A stretch of 64,000 nt of DNA, taken from IMG/VR virus record IMGVR_UViG_3300023174_005819, positions 23,240 to 87,239 of that record; one strand, given 5' to 3'. Positions 50,401-59,729 of the stretch are shown one piece after another. A model generated the notes under the pieces. The model was not told where the DNA came from, ran no database searches, and was given only the letters and a program-made list of their open reading frames with translations. This stretch comes from a virus. How positions within the stretch are numbered: position 1 is the first letter of the stretch; the number at the start of each line of letters is the position of its first letter. A program made the translations under genes and the position numbers.

Positions 50401-53400
50401 AGCAATTTCATCGTTTGCTTTTTGTATTGCAGACTGTAGCTGGGCCTCTGTTCCAGATAATCCTGCTAAAAGTTCTTTTTGAATACCTTCGCTTACAGAC
50501 GAAAAAATTCTATTAAATGAAGCAGATCTTTGAGATTCTAATTTAGCTAAATCTTCTGGTCCAGCGGTAATTGCTCCAGATTGAATTCCTGCTACTTTTT
50601 CTCTTGAGGTTAAAAATGCTTGAACGTCTTCAGAAAATCTTGCTACTCTATTACCAGATTCTCTAGAGCTCTTCGCAAGCTCTTCTGATTTATCATTTAA
50701 TTGTTTAAAAGCTTTAGTTAATCCAATTGTAACACCAACTAATCCACCAAACGCTACGCCCAATGGCCCAAATAAAGCTCCTGCGCCAGCAAATGATGCT
50801 GTATCACTTAAAACTGTTGTTCCAGCTGTAGCATATTTATTATTTGGCATAAATTCTTGAATTATTTGGCTTACTATTGGAACGGCTATACTTGCTCCAA
50901 TTCCAATACCTTGTAATCTTGAAGCTGAATTAGCTCTTCTTTCTCTTGCTGCTTCTAATCCACCTCGCGCTAATTCTGCTCCTCTTCCTCCAGATGCTGC
51001 TCTTGCTTCTAATTGTTTTACGGCTTTAGAACCTGTTATTAAATTTCCACTTGCAGCAACTAATGAATCTGTTTCAACCACTAATCTTTTGTAAGAAGCA
51101 TCTGCGCGATTCAATGTATTTCTTACTTTTTCTGTAGTAGAATCAATTAAATAAAATTCTCTAGTAAGTTTCTCTAATTCTTTATTTGCTTGATCAAAAG
51201 TTAGTATTCCTCTATAAACTTTTTTTGCAAGATCTGTAAGCGCTGCATTAGCTTCTTTAGATGCTGGAACGATAAGTGGACCTGATTGTCCTTGATTTGA
51301 TTGATATAAAGCAAAATTAGGAATTAGTCCTTTAGCAGCACCTGCTCTGCGAGCTTCACTTACTGAACCATATCTTGATATGCCTTGAGATAATCCTCTT
51401 GGTTCATCTCTTGTATTATAAACTCCAAGACCGCTAGGATTCATATTAGAAATTAAAGAGTTATCTCTTCCGATTCTTATAGAATTTGGATTTACTCCAG
51501 CTTTCTTTTCTCTATTTATTGCATCATTTAAATCATTTGCAAAATTAGGAATAAATCCATCAAAAGCTTTTTTACCTTTAACTGTAGAAAATTTTCCTGC
51601 TCCAAGTAAAGCTCCTTCTTCTCTATAAATTTTATTTGCAAAACTTTGCAAATTACCTTCAGATAATCCACTTTTAAAATCTGCAAGAAATGTTGTAAAA
51701 CCAAAAAGTTTTTGTAAATGTATTAAATTTTTTCCTCCTCTAACGTCAAAATCTCCAAAGTCTTTTGGTGCTTCTTCAGCAGTATATCCTAATGCCGTTT
51801 TTATTCCAACTTCAAAAGCAGAACCAACTGCGCCACGAACTGCTCCATATGCTCCTTTTTCTCCAGAACGTTGAAATTGTAACCCTAAATTTGCTTTAGT
51901 TACAGTTTTTCCCAAAGGTTTTAATGTATCAATAAAATTAAATACATCATCTATGATACTATTAGTTATATTTGTGCCTAATCTTGCCTTATCGTCAGAA
52001 ACATCTCCATCTACTTTAGTTTTATTAATTCCATAAACTGGAACATTTTTAATTGCAAATCTATCAGATTTACCTTTTGGTGAATATGGTCCAGGTAATA
52101 TTTTTTTAGTTCCTGCGAATGGTAACAATATACTTGCAATATTACTAGCATCTACTGGTTTAATTCCTGCTGCTAACGCTGCTTTTTGACCCCTAGGAGA
52201 TCTGCTTAAAATATCATCTTTTTGAGCTTCAGATACAGTTAAAGCTTTTCCTGCTGAATCTACTCCATATTTAAATTTTTGAGTTCCTGGAATTCTTTCT
52301 AATTCATTTTTTATCGCAGCTAATCTAACTGCTTCATTTCTGCCCAACTCAAAATTTGGGATAAATCCACTATTGGCATAAGGATTAAATCCGTGAGCAT
52401 TAGAAAATTGTTTTTGATAATTTTTTCCAGCTTTGCTACCTTGAGGTGGCATTATAGCTGGTTGAGAAAATCCTTGTATTCTTTTTACTGTTTCTGCAGA
52501 ATTATAAACTACTCTACCAGCTCCAGCAATATTCATTTCTTTAATATTTCCTGGTTTATATCCTCCAGCTAATGCACCATAAATTTCTTGCATTGCAAAG
52601 TTTGGAATAAATCCATCACTTCTTGTAGTAATTTGCCCACCTTTAAGAGTTACTCCTCTACCAACTAATCCGCTAGTAATTGAACCAGATAAAGCCGTGG
52701 CTTGTTGTCTTAATGCATTTTGTTCTCTTAAGATTCCTAATATTCTATTTTCTACATCTAATATTGAAATTTGTTTAGAAGCTATTGCTGAAAGAAGTTG
52801 TGGTTCTTGAGAAAGAATACTCGAAATTTTTCCTTCAATAGCAGCTCTATCCGCAGCTTGCTTGCCAATACCTAGTAATGTTTTAGCTGAAGTAGCGGCA
52901 AATTTACTTAAATCTAAAAATAATTTTCCAATAACAGCTGTTATTAATAATAATCCAGGACCAGATATAAAAGTAGAAAGACCACCTAGAATTCCAGCTC
53001 CAATTTTAGCTCCAACGCTTTCTGAGTCTTGATTAGCTAACCCTTCTAATATATTATTTACATTTTTTAATGTGCCTTCGATTGCTGGTTGAAAAGCTCC
53101 CGCACCAATTTTAGCTCCTAACTGACTAAAGTTTGTTAGCGTTCTGCTTGTTAAAGCGGATAGAGTTTCATTTAATGCTTCATTTCGTTTAATGGCTTGA
53201 TCAGTCGCGCCTCTTGAAGTATTTAAAGCATTATTATAAACAGAATATTCTTTACCCAAATCACCCAAAGCAGCTTTTAAAATGTTAATCTGGAAAACAC
53301 CACCAACACTTTCTGCAACTTGTGATCTTTGAGCATCAGAAAGAGTATCAAAAGTTGATGACAATTCTTTTAAAATATCAATCGCTGGACGAGTGCTACC

Positions 53401-54231
53401 ATCTAAATTACGAACTTCTAAGCCTAAGTTTTGTAATTGATCCAATACTTCTGGTCTAGCAACTCTTGTAAAAATAGTCTTTAATGAATTACCAATAACT
53501 GCACCACCTCTAGCAGTAGTTTGCTGAACGCTTGTTACAATAGCTAATAATTCATCGAATCCAACCCCTGCGTCTTGAGCAGAACTACCAACTCGTTGAA
53601 TTGCATTAGCCAAATCAGCAGAACTAACAGCAAAAGCCGCGTCAACATTTGCTAATTTATTAATAACAGTTGTTGAATCTAGGGCTGTTTGATTAAAACT
53701 GTTTAATGTAGCTGTTAAGGCTTCTACGCTAGAAACAGTATCTAATCCACTTAATCTAGTTAAAATTAAAGCATCTCTTGTTCTTTTTAGTGTTTCTTCT
53801 ACGCCAAGACCTTGACGAGCTAATTCTGTTGCAGCTTCTGCAACTGATTGAAATGATTGTCCAGTATCTTTAGCTACGGTGAATAAATCTGCACCAAATT
53901 TTTCTAATCCCTTTGATGTTGTATTTAATATGATATTAATATCAGTAAGAGATTTTTCAACATCTATTGTACTTTTGATTAAACTAACGAAAGCTTTTTC
54001 TACAGCAAAAATTGATCCAGCACTAGCACCGAATGCGATAACACGAGCATTAGAAGCATCTAATGACTTTTGGAACTCGTTAGAAGCTCCAGTAATTCGG
54101 CCTAATGGCTGGGTAAAGGCCTTTTCATTAAATCCTTTGAATTTAAAATCGCGAGATAAAGCACTTTGAATATCTTTTTCAAGTTGCCTTGTATCTGCAC
54201 CTACAGAAATTGTAGCTGACGTTCTTGCCAT
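47434..54231 (-). CDS. Tail tape measure protein with internal repeat-delimited modules
   Basis: 2265 aa; TP901-type N-terminal core (ELARQG, IGNSLKTIF.R); Ala/Gly-rich helices; lies downstream of tail tube and chaperone-like genes. Confidence 0.9.
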   Translation of the reverse strand: MARTSATISVGADTRQLEKDIQSALSRDFKFKGFNEKAFTQPLGRITGASNEFQKSLDASNARVIAFGASAGSIFAVEKAFVSLIKSTIDVEKSLTDINIILNTTSKGLEKFGADLFTVAKDTGQSFQSVAEAATELARQGLGVEETLKRTRDALILTRLSGLDTVSSVEALTATLNSFNQTALDSTTVINKLANVDAAFAVSSADLANAIQRVGSSAQDAGVGFDELLAIVTSVQQTTARGGAVIGNSLKTIFTRVARPEVLDQLQNLGLEVRNLDGSTRPAIDILKELSSTFDTLSDAQRSQVAESVGGVFQINILKAALGDLGKEYSVYNNALNTSRGATDQAIKRNEALNETLSALTSRTLTNFSQLGAKIGAGAFQPAIEGTLKNVNNILEGLANQDSESVGAKIGAGILGGLSTFISGPGLLLITAVIGKLFLDLSKFAATSAKTLLGIGKQAADRAAIEGKISSILSQEPQLLSAIASKQISILDVENRILGILREQNALRQQATALSGSITSGLVGRGVTLKGGQITTRSDGFIPNFAMQEIYGALAGGYKPGNIKEMNIAGAGRVVYNSAETVKRIQGFSQPAIMPPQGSKAGKNYQKQFSNAHGFNPYANSGFIPNFELGRNEAVRLAAIKNELERIPGTQKFKYGVDSAGKALTVSEAQKDDILSRSPRGQKAALAAGIKPVDASNIASILLPFAGTKKILPGPYSPKGKSDRFAIKNVPVYGINKTKVDGDVSDDKARLGTNITNSIIDDVFNFIDTLKPLGKTVTKANLGLQFQRSGEKGAYGAVRGAVGSAFEVGIKTALGYTAEEAPKDFGDFDVRGGKNLIHLQKLFGFTTFLADFKSGLSEGNLQSFANKIYREEGALLGAGKFSTVKGKKAFDGFIPNFANDLNDAINREKKAGVNPNSIRIGRDNSLISNMNPSGLGVYNTRDEPRGLSQGISRYGSVSEARRAGAAKGLIPNFALYQSNQGQSGPLIVPASKEANAALTDLAKKVYRGILTFDQANKELEKLTREFYLIDSTTEKVRNTLNRADASYKRLVVETDSLVAASGNLITGSKAVKQLEARAASGGRGAELARGGLEAARERRANSASRLQGIGIGASIAVPIVSQIIQEFMPNNKYATAGTTVLSDTASFAGAGALFGPLGVAFGGLVGVTIGLTKAFKQLNDKSEELAKSSRESGNRVARFSEDVQAFLTSREKVAGIQSGAITAGPEDLAKLESQRSASFNRIFSSVSEGIQKELLAGLSGTEAQLQSAIQKANDEIASNNFVNQFIQTTNEQLKDGAKNLDITDTLRQLGSIKTKNGEYIADLISQQSGLLKSFDTLTIASEKYYGINDQVAKSIEQASIAADKATMSIDEFAKNDIFGFNTTNVGGAGAAPAGFGSQKIQTIVDDLGNVTVINPSKEAYEKDLQTAIQDSGKGLKDFILQLGDSGKLEKDKALELADSIEKVLNSDKSLTEKSKALQDAFGNLRNTSREVDAAFKRQESAFLNLSNLSAQTQKLFSPDSVVRSQAADFIQKGDFGLLVEDFLNGPGQNLKQNEILRGTNLSALQGILTGTTDKRKRIALETKFGEAYKKAAQEIEETGNLTDRTLAELQIAIQQTSMEASMTSKNLVELGSSIGDAATRNEVLNIYTEKESQLKKELGDNIVKLNYASSAAATSLQAVAAFKEGTIFADEYKQLQNKAREDRIRSGQGNIGDAFSSFTDEMTYGAQDAFRDVNQTASDTARTIKSEFNNAFLSFANGTETASDAFTRMANNISDRIQQLALEFATNQIFGSLFGSTSGLGGGIGDFLSGLSKSKGGIIKGYSTGGHVLGGSGNKDDVPAMLSGGEYVIRKNAVKKYGPEYLQMLNEGKVQKHFLGGAMGLAMAGLGQGNPSMLQNIAPVFGINLGNSKGSNQNVSTNTSPTSRIGMRARQSDREDNYFKYGGRVQRFASGGETSYLGTNVYRYNDPLYPTAGQELFSSNLSGRAVTDPNNPQNRIRQDREQALYDYLNYVDGVRADNERALQENIALNKKIRDEYNQQKSAKSRGAWMSFGLGLLGAGASQFSSMGGFKSIFGAGSPLGSQEVRRATAVNDVNLRSAYGSTTYNPIQPAPYSGGRLKLGKAMGGYIRGFANGGSSGKDDIPALLMGGEFVMRKEAVNMYGKKFFDDLNSGRARKFAEGGSVGNDNTGNSSNYSPTNNINVTVNLNQEKIVSENKDESTSANEDRQAENQRTKELAARVKEQVIRTITEQQRPGGLLGSNVYKKR

Positions 54232-54280
54232 TCCTTATACCTTTCCTGTAATAAATTACACGAAAATATAAGATATTTAA

Positions 54281-55285
54281 TTAAATTCCGTGGAGTTTCA
54301 TGAGGTCTTCCATACTTAGAGTACCACCTCTTTTCTTTGCTTCTTCAGTTAGACTTATACTGTTAGATTCATCTAATCCAGCCTTTTTAAGGTCTTCTTT
54401 AGTGGCACCAATAATAGATGTAGATACGGTATCCGCTTTACTATTAGAGGTCTTTTCTAGTAATTCTTCTACATTTTTACTACTTTCTAGCCATTCTATT
54501 AGTTTATCTGGATCTTCAAAATATTCGTCTGCTGGTTTATGTTTTGCATAGCTTAATTGATTTTTGAAATATTTAGCATAACCAAAAATTTCAATTTGAT
54601 AAAAAGTTAAATATACAATACTCTTACCATACATATAATAAGGATTATCATCAGATATATTAAAAAGTGTTAAATGGCTATTTAATAAAGATATTTTCTT
54701 TAAATTTTTATCATTATAAATTGACAATTTATCATTATAAATTTTTACTAATTTAGTAATATCTACATTCTCAAGTTCATCAAATTCATTTTGAGAAAAG
54801 AAATTTTCTTTTAATTCAGTATCTTTATATAAAGATATAAACATGTAATATTCATTAATTTTTTTATTAGCGTAATCTTCTGCGGTGAATCCTATTAATT
54901 CTTTTTTTTCTAAATTTAAATTTAATAACTTATTTTCTTCATTATTTATTTGTTTGTTTACACTTATTAGCTCTTCTTCTCTAAACAGCTTTAATTTGGT
55001 TTTTCTTAAACCAATTATGTATTCTTTTATTTTTTTAATTTCTTTATTTTTTTCTTCTGACCAAAGGTCTTCTTTTAAAATATAAGCTTCCTGATCAACC
55101 AAAGAAGGGAGCTTGTTTTTTAAAGCTTTACTATAAAATTCTTCTTTTTTAAGATCAACCTCTCCAGAAGATAGAGAGTCCATATGCTTAATGTATATCG
55201 TTTTGTCGTTTAAATATGTTTTAGAGTATCCTTTTAAAATATCTACCAAGTAAAGTCTTAATAAATTTTTATTATCAATTTGCAC
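54281..55285 (-). CDS. Putative tail assembly chaperone (distal)
   Basis: Charged helical protein immediately upstream of the tape measure gene. Confidence 0.45.
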   Translation of the reverse strand: MQIDNKNLLRLYLVDILKGYSKTYLNDKTIYIKHMDSLSSGEVDLKKEEFYSKALKNKLPSLVDQEAYILKEDLWSEEKNKEIKKIKEYIIGLRKTKLKLFREEELISVNKQINNEENKLLNLNLEKKELIGFTAEDYANKKINEYYMFISLYKDTELKENFFSQNEFDELENVDITKLVKIYNDKLSIYNDKNLKKISLLNSHLTLFNISDDNPYYMYGKSIVYLTFYQIEIFGYAKYFKNQLSYAKHKPADEYFEDPDKLIEWLESSKNVEELLEKTSNSKADTVSTSIIGATKEDLKKAGLDESNSISLTEEAKKRGGTLSMEDLMKLHGI

Positions 55286-56018
55286 TCTTATTTTCTTCTA
55301 AATTAAATAATTTTTCAAATTCTTCTTGGGTTGAGGCTCGACCCATATACCAGAAGCTTATAAGAAGAACTAATTTTTGACATAATTTTTCAAAAAATAA
55401 ATCGGTAGTTTCTTCTAGTCTATCATACTCTTTCAATTTATCTTCATATGCTCCATCTCCAAATACTGGTGAAAATGTACCATTATCATTGTCTTTATAA
55501 GAAAGGTTGAGTACCCAAAACATTATAGTTTTATTTCTTGCTCTATTTTCTGCGGTTTGATCAAAAAGACTGGCTTGAGCAAACTCATAGTCCTGAATTT
55601 TTTCTCTTGATTCTGTGATTTCTTTAACCAATATATTATATTGGGCTTCTTCTTCCTTGTCTCTTTCTTTAACAGAAAGTCTTTGGAATTCGTTCTGTAG
55701 TTGAAATAGTTTTAGATATAGACTAGTATATTGCTCTTTATCTATTTCACTAAAAATTCCACCGTCATTAGTAAATCTTTTAGCTAATAAAGCTCTAGTT
55801 AAAAGCCCAGCTTTAATACCTTCTGATAAGCGAACACCATAGAATAATTCTGCTTCGTCAAACAAACTTCTATTTGGTTTTTTAATAAAAAACTTTTGAA
55901 GTACTTCTTTTTTTACGTTTTTAGATACTTGAATTTCTTCGCCTTTTTCATTTATTTCATTAGTTGTTTCTTTAACTTCAACTTCTTTATTTAGTGAAAA
56001 TTCATATAATTTTTTCAT
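55275..56018 (-). CDS. Putative tail assembly chaperone (proximal)
   Basis: Charged coiled-coil protein between the tail tube and tape measure genes. Confidence 0.45.
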   Translation of the reverse strand: MKKLYEFSLNKEVEVKETTNEINEKGEEIQVSKNVKKEVLQKFFIKKPNRSLFDEAELFYGVRLSEGIKAGLLTRALLAKRFTNDGGIFSEIDKEQYTSLYLKLFQLQNEFQRLSVKERDKEEEAQYNILVKEITESREKIQDYEFAQASLFDQTAENRARNKTIMFWVLNLSYKDNDNGTFSPVFGDGAYEDKLKEYDRLEETTDLFFEKLCQKLVLLISFWYMGRASTQEEFEKLFNLEENKSAN

Positions 56019-56290
56019 ATTTTTTCTCCATTAGTATTAATTAGACTGTCTAGATAGTTTTTAACTTTACCATAGTAAACTACGCCGCCAATCGTTTTAA
56101 TAAATCTGTGTTTTTTATCAGCATCCCAATTTTCATAGTTTTTAATAAAATTAGGATTCTTGAAGGTAGTTAAACTTGGTTTTAAAATTCCAAAGTTATC
56201 TTTCAAGTTTTTTTGTATGCTTTGTACAGAAAGGTTTCCTTCGATTATTTCATCTATAGGGAAATTATAATTTAATTTCTTAGTTTTCAT
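56015..56290 (-). CDS. Hypothetical protein
   Basis: 91 aa ORF with ATGA overlaps on both sides. Confidence 0.55.
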   Translation of the reverse strand: MKTKKLNYNFPIDEIIEGNLSVQSIQKNLKDNFGILKPSLTTFKNPNFIKNYENWDADKKHRFIKTIGGVVYYGKVKNYLDSLINTNGEKI

Positions 56291-56511
56291 TTGAGCGTTA
56301 TGTTGATTTTACTGAAATTTTCTTCTATCTCTCGTACTGCATCATTGGCATTGTCAAGGATTCTTTTGCGTATTTTTTGATAAGTTTCATCATTTATATT
56401 ATAACCAGAATCACCTAAATCTTCAAGAATAAAAAAGAAATTCTTATATATATTTGTAATCTTCCTCTTTATCTGAAAAAGAGTCATGTCTTTTATAGGA
56501 TCGTTTTCCAT
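56287..56511 (-). CDS. Hypothetical protein
   Basis: 74 aa ORF with a GTGTAA motif and purine-rich leader upstream. Confidence 0.55.
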   Translation of the reverse strand: MENDPIKDMTLFQIKRKITNIYKNFFFILEDLGDSGYNINDETYQKIRKRILDNANDAVREIEENFSKINITLK

Positions 56512-56555
56512 AATCTTTTACCTTTATCTAACCCTTGCCTTAAATTGAATTACAC

Positions 56556-56591
56556 AAAAAATAACCCCCACGAGAACGTGAGGGTTATTTT
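56556..56591 (-). terminator. Intrinsic terminator after the major tail gene (possibly bidirectional)
   Basis: AAAAAATAACCCCCACG-AGAA-CGTGAGGGTTATTTT hairpin flanked by A/T tracts. Confidence 0.75.
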
Positions 56592-56615
56592 ATAATTTAA
56601 TTTATGTATTATTTA

Positions 56616-57767
56616 TTAGAACTGTCCGTTCATAAACAATCCATTAGCTGTGTCTTGAGGTCCACCAACTTGAGTTTCCCATGTTAGGGTAACTGTTTTA
56701 TTGCTACCTATATCAGAACTATATTCTTGACTTACTAATTTGGCGCCTCGGAGTGCAAATTTAGCCATAACCAAATTCTTATCGCTTGGACTCTTAATTG
56801 TTACTGATGGACTATATCTAAGGCTATCATCATTAACCAAGTTAGCTAGGTTACCAGTTACCATATCAGTTACTTGAGCATCAACACTTAGATTTACTGT
56901 TAATGGGAAGTCAATTGGTCTTGAAAACGCGAATCTGTTACCTAGTCTTTCAATTGGAGTGCGAGCTAAATCAAAGCTAAGATTGTAACTTTGAATATTC
57001 ATTACTGTTGTATCTACTCCACCAACACCAGTTTGAGCTTGAATATCTAAAGTAATATCTCCTGGGCGAAGAGCGCTAATTGCATTTCCACTACCTATAG
57101 CAGTATTTTGAACTGCTGCTGGTAATGTATAAAAATTTCTTATAGGTGTACCATCAATAGTATTAACTGCAGGAACAAAATTTCCACTTAAACCTCTTTG
57201 GAAGTTCATATTCAATCCTTCAACATTTATTGATGCTGTTGGGAAATTACCAACTGAAGCTTCTGTTGAGTAAGACGAAATGAATCCATTACCAATTCCA
57301 ATAACTCCGTTATTTCCAGATGATACATCTGAAAAACCTACGGCATCATTACCTTCTGGTACTGTACGTATAAAATAATTTCTTTCGTCTTGAGTAGCAT
57401 TGAGGAATCCAGAAATAGCAGAAATATTAGAATCTGAGTTACCAGAAACTACTGTAAATCCTAAATCAGCTTCATTTGTAAGACCTGCTAAGATATAACT
57501 AAAATCTAATGAAACTGTTGGACTAGTCAAAATTACGCGATCAATTGCAGCGAGTTGACCAAATTGATTAACATCTGTACGAGCAACATTAAAACTATAA
57601 TTAGCAGTTTGAACTCTTTGTAACTGATTTACTAGGTTATTTGGATTAAGGAGGTCATTTGTACTTCCACCAATTCCAGGTGTGAATGTTCCAAAATGAA
57701 ATCCAGTTGCTGGTGATGGACCAGCATAAACCGCTTCTGATTGATAAATTATTCTATTTCTAGGCAT
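56616..57767 (-). CDS. Major tail tube protein
   Basis: Beta-rich; position between neck genes and chaperones/tape measure; GGAG RBS, own GTGTAA motif and terminator. Confidence 0.7.
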   Translation of the reverse strand: MPRNRIIYQSEAVYAGPSPATGFHFGTFTPGIGGSTNDLLNPNNLVNQLQRVQTANYSFNVARTDVNQFGQLAAIDRVILTSPTVSLDFSYILAGLTNEADLGFTVVSGNSDSNISAISGFLNATQDERNYFIRTVPEGNDAVGFSDVSSGNNGVIGIGNGFISSYSTEASVGNFPTASINVEGLNMNFQRGLSGNFVPAVNTIDGTPIRNFYTLPAAVQNTAIGSGNAISALRPGDITLDIQAQTGVGGVDTTVMNIQSYNLSFDLARTPIERLGNRFAFSRPIDFPLTVNLSVDAQVTDMVTGNLANLVNDDSLRYSPSVTIKSPSDKNLVMAKFALRGAKLVSQEYSSDIGSNKTVTLTWETQVGGPQDTANGLFMNGQF

Positions 57768-57823
57768 ATTAGTATTTCTCCATTTATTGTTATTACACCG
57801 ATTTTTTTATTTTTTCTACTTTT

Positions 57824-58693
57824 TTATTGCCTTGGGTATCTATTTTTTACTACCTCAAAATCAACAAAAGCAGAATATACATTTCTATTTAAGCTATTGG
57901 TAGCATTAAGTAGTCTTGTGTCAGTTTTAGTAACATTGACTTCATTAACATATAAATAATCATCAGTATTGGCCTTTCCAGCTACATATTCAGTATAATT
58001 AAAACAATGGTCAGGAGTTTTAACTGAATTTAAAGAGTTAAATGGCATTTCATCTGGATATATTAATGGTATTAATTCACGGGCGGTATCTCTCATTATA
58101 CTTGTTACAGCATCAAGATTAAATACGCTATCTGCTAATATAATTGCTCTTACATTTCCTACTGTTTGATCGTAGCCTCCAAAAGCTAATGGTTTATTTT
58201 TTCCACCTTGATATTTTAAATATATAACAGGATATGTTTCTGCTCCAATAGGTAATCCAGTTGGATTTTGATAAGTCTTAGGATTAGTTTGATAAGATGT
58301 TTCAAATAATAAACTTTCTTCTGTTTTACTAGTTAAATAAATATTAAAATCTTTTACAGCATAGTTTCCGCTTAAAGTTGTGCTAGGATTTGAAACTGGA
58401 GATGTAAAATATAATTGACCATTAGATGAATCTATTCCTGTTAAATTATTTTTTCCAGGAAGACTAAATGTTCCATTAATATAAACTCCACTTATAATAT
58501 TTGCGCCAGAAACAGAACAATCTATGACCATTTGTTTAAATGGAGCGCCATATGTATAATATCCATAATACATATTTGGAAGAGGATAAAAAACACTGTG
58601 ATAATTAGTATAAGCTTGTCCCTTGATTAAGATTTTATTATCTAACCAAAATAGCATGCTTGTCATTAAAGTATTATCAAATTGTGGTATCAT
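57824..58693 (-). CDS. Putative tail terminator / neck protein
   Basis: Position upstream of the tail tube gene; YP.IY motif. Confidence 0.45.
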   Translation of the reverse strand: MIPQFDNTLMTSMLFWLDNKILIKGQAYTNYHSVFYPLPNMYYGYYTYGAPFKQMVIDCSVSGANIISGVYINGTFSLPGKNNLTGIDSSNGQLYFTSPVSNPSTTLSGNYAVKDFNIYLTSKTEESLLFETSYQTNPKTYQNPTGLPIGAETYPVIYLKYQGGKNKPLAFGGYDQTVGNVRAIILADSVFNLDAVTSIMRDTARELIPLIYPDEMPFNSLNSVKTPDHCFNYTEYVAGKANTDDYLYVNEVNVTKTDTRLLNATNSLNRNVYSAFVDFEVVKNRYPRQ

Positions 58694-58694
58694 T

Positions 58695-59285
58695 TTATTT
58701 TAAATTTTTTATGAATTTAGTATATAGTTCTGTCATATATTTTACAGGTTTATAAGCAGCAACTCTAACTTTATTTTTAGATTGAATTCCTCTACCAGAC
58801 CTGCTAGTTGGAAAAACTAACCCATAAACATAATAACCAAATCCAGAAATGCCATCTTCTACTCCCTTAACCCAACTTCTACCACGTTCAAATGGAAGAG
58901 GTGTTTGAGATTTTATTTCATCTAAAGAAGGAGTAAACACATTAAATTTTAATTGAAAAGTTTTTCTATCAAAAGTCGAATTCTTATTTAAAAATGTATT
59001 TTGTTTGATTAACGCAGTAAGATCATCAACTGGTTTGTCTTCGCTATCGAAGCCAATAAATGCAAAAAGATTTTCCTTTCCATTTAGAGTATTACTAATA
59101 TTTTCTCCATCTGGACCACTATCTAGTTCTTTGGATACTGGATGATCTTGTATCTCATTTATATATTGATCTAGGTTTTCTTTTAAAATTTCTTGAGCAA
59201 AAATAACTGCTTCTTTTTTTAAAGCTGCTTCATATGAACTTGATATTTCTTCTTTAACTTGTTTAAAATTAATTTTTGCAGCCAT
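58695..59285 (-). CDS. Putative tail completion / neck protein
   Basis: Position in the neck block; start moved to ATG 59285 (MAAKIN) just after the upstream stop. Confidence 0.45.
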   Translation of the reverse strand: MAAKINFKQVKEEISSSYEAALKKEAVIFAQEILKENLDQYINEIQDHPVSKELDSGPDGENISNTLNGKENLFAFIGFDSEDKPVDDLTALIKQNTFLNKNSTFDRKTFQLKFNVFTPSLDEIKSQTPLPFERGRSWVKGVEDGISGFGYYVYGLVFPTSRSGRGIQSKNKVRVAAYKPVKYMTELYTKFIKNLK

Positions 59286-59286
59286 A

Positions 59287-59727
59287 TTATTTTGTTTGCT
59301 CCAATCCAAATACGTAATACGTATTATTAAGATATTTTTTAATAACATCCTCTGTAATAACATTCCAAGTTTTTCCATCAAATTCAATTTTAATTGTTTT
59401 GCCATTTGCAATATAATCTCTTGCATCTTGTCTAACTTTTAAAGTAACATCTCCTCTTGCAAAAACTAATTTTAAATCACTATTTACTGCATCTAAATCT
59501 CTAGAATTATTATAATAAATTCTTCCACTATATGTAGCATTTACTGGTATATAAGTATAATTTACAGGATCTGAACTTGAACCATATCCATACATTGGGG
59601 CACTTTGAATTTGTTCTACTATTTTAATTGGCTCTTTATGTACAACAAATGGTCTACAAAAATATGTAAAAAAATCATCATAATCTTTAGAAAAACTTGC
59701 TGCAGTTGTTGAGTCTATAAAGCTCAT
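59287..59727 (-). CDS. Putative head closure protein
   Basis: 146 aa beta-rich protein (IEFDGKTWNV) in the neck position. Confidence 0.45.
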   Translation of the reverse strand: MSFIDSTTAASFSKDYDDFFTYFCRPFVVHKEPIKIVEQIQSAPMYGYGSSSDPVNYTYIPVNATYSGRIYYNNSRDLDAVNSDLKLVFARGDVTLKVRQDARDYIANGKTIKIEFDGKTWNVITEDVIKKYLNNTYYVFGLEQTK

Positions 59728-59729
59728 AA

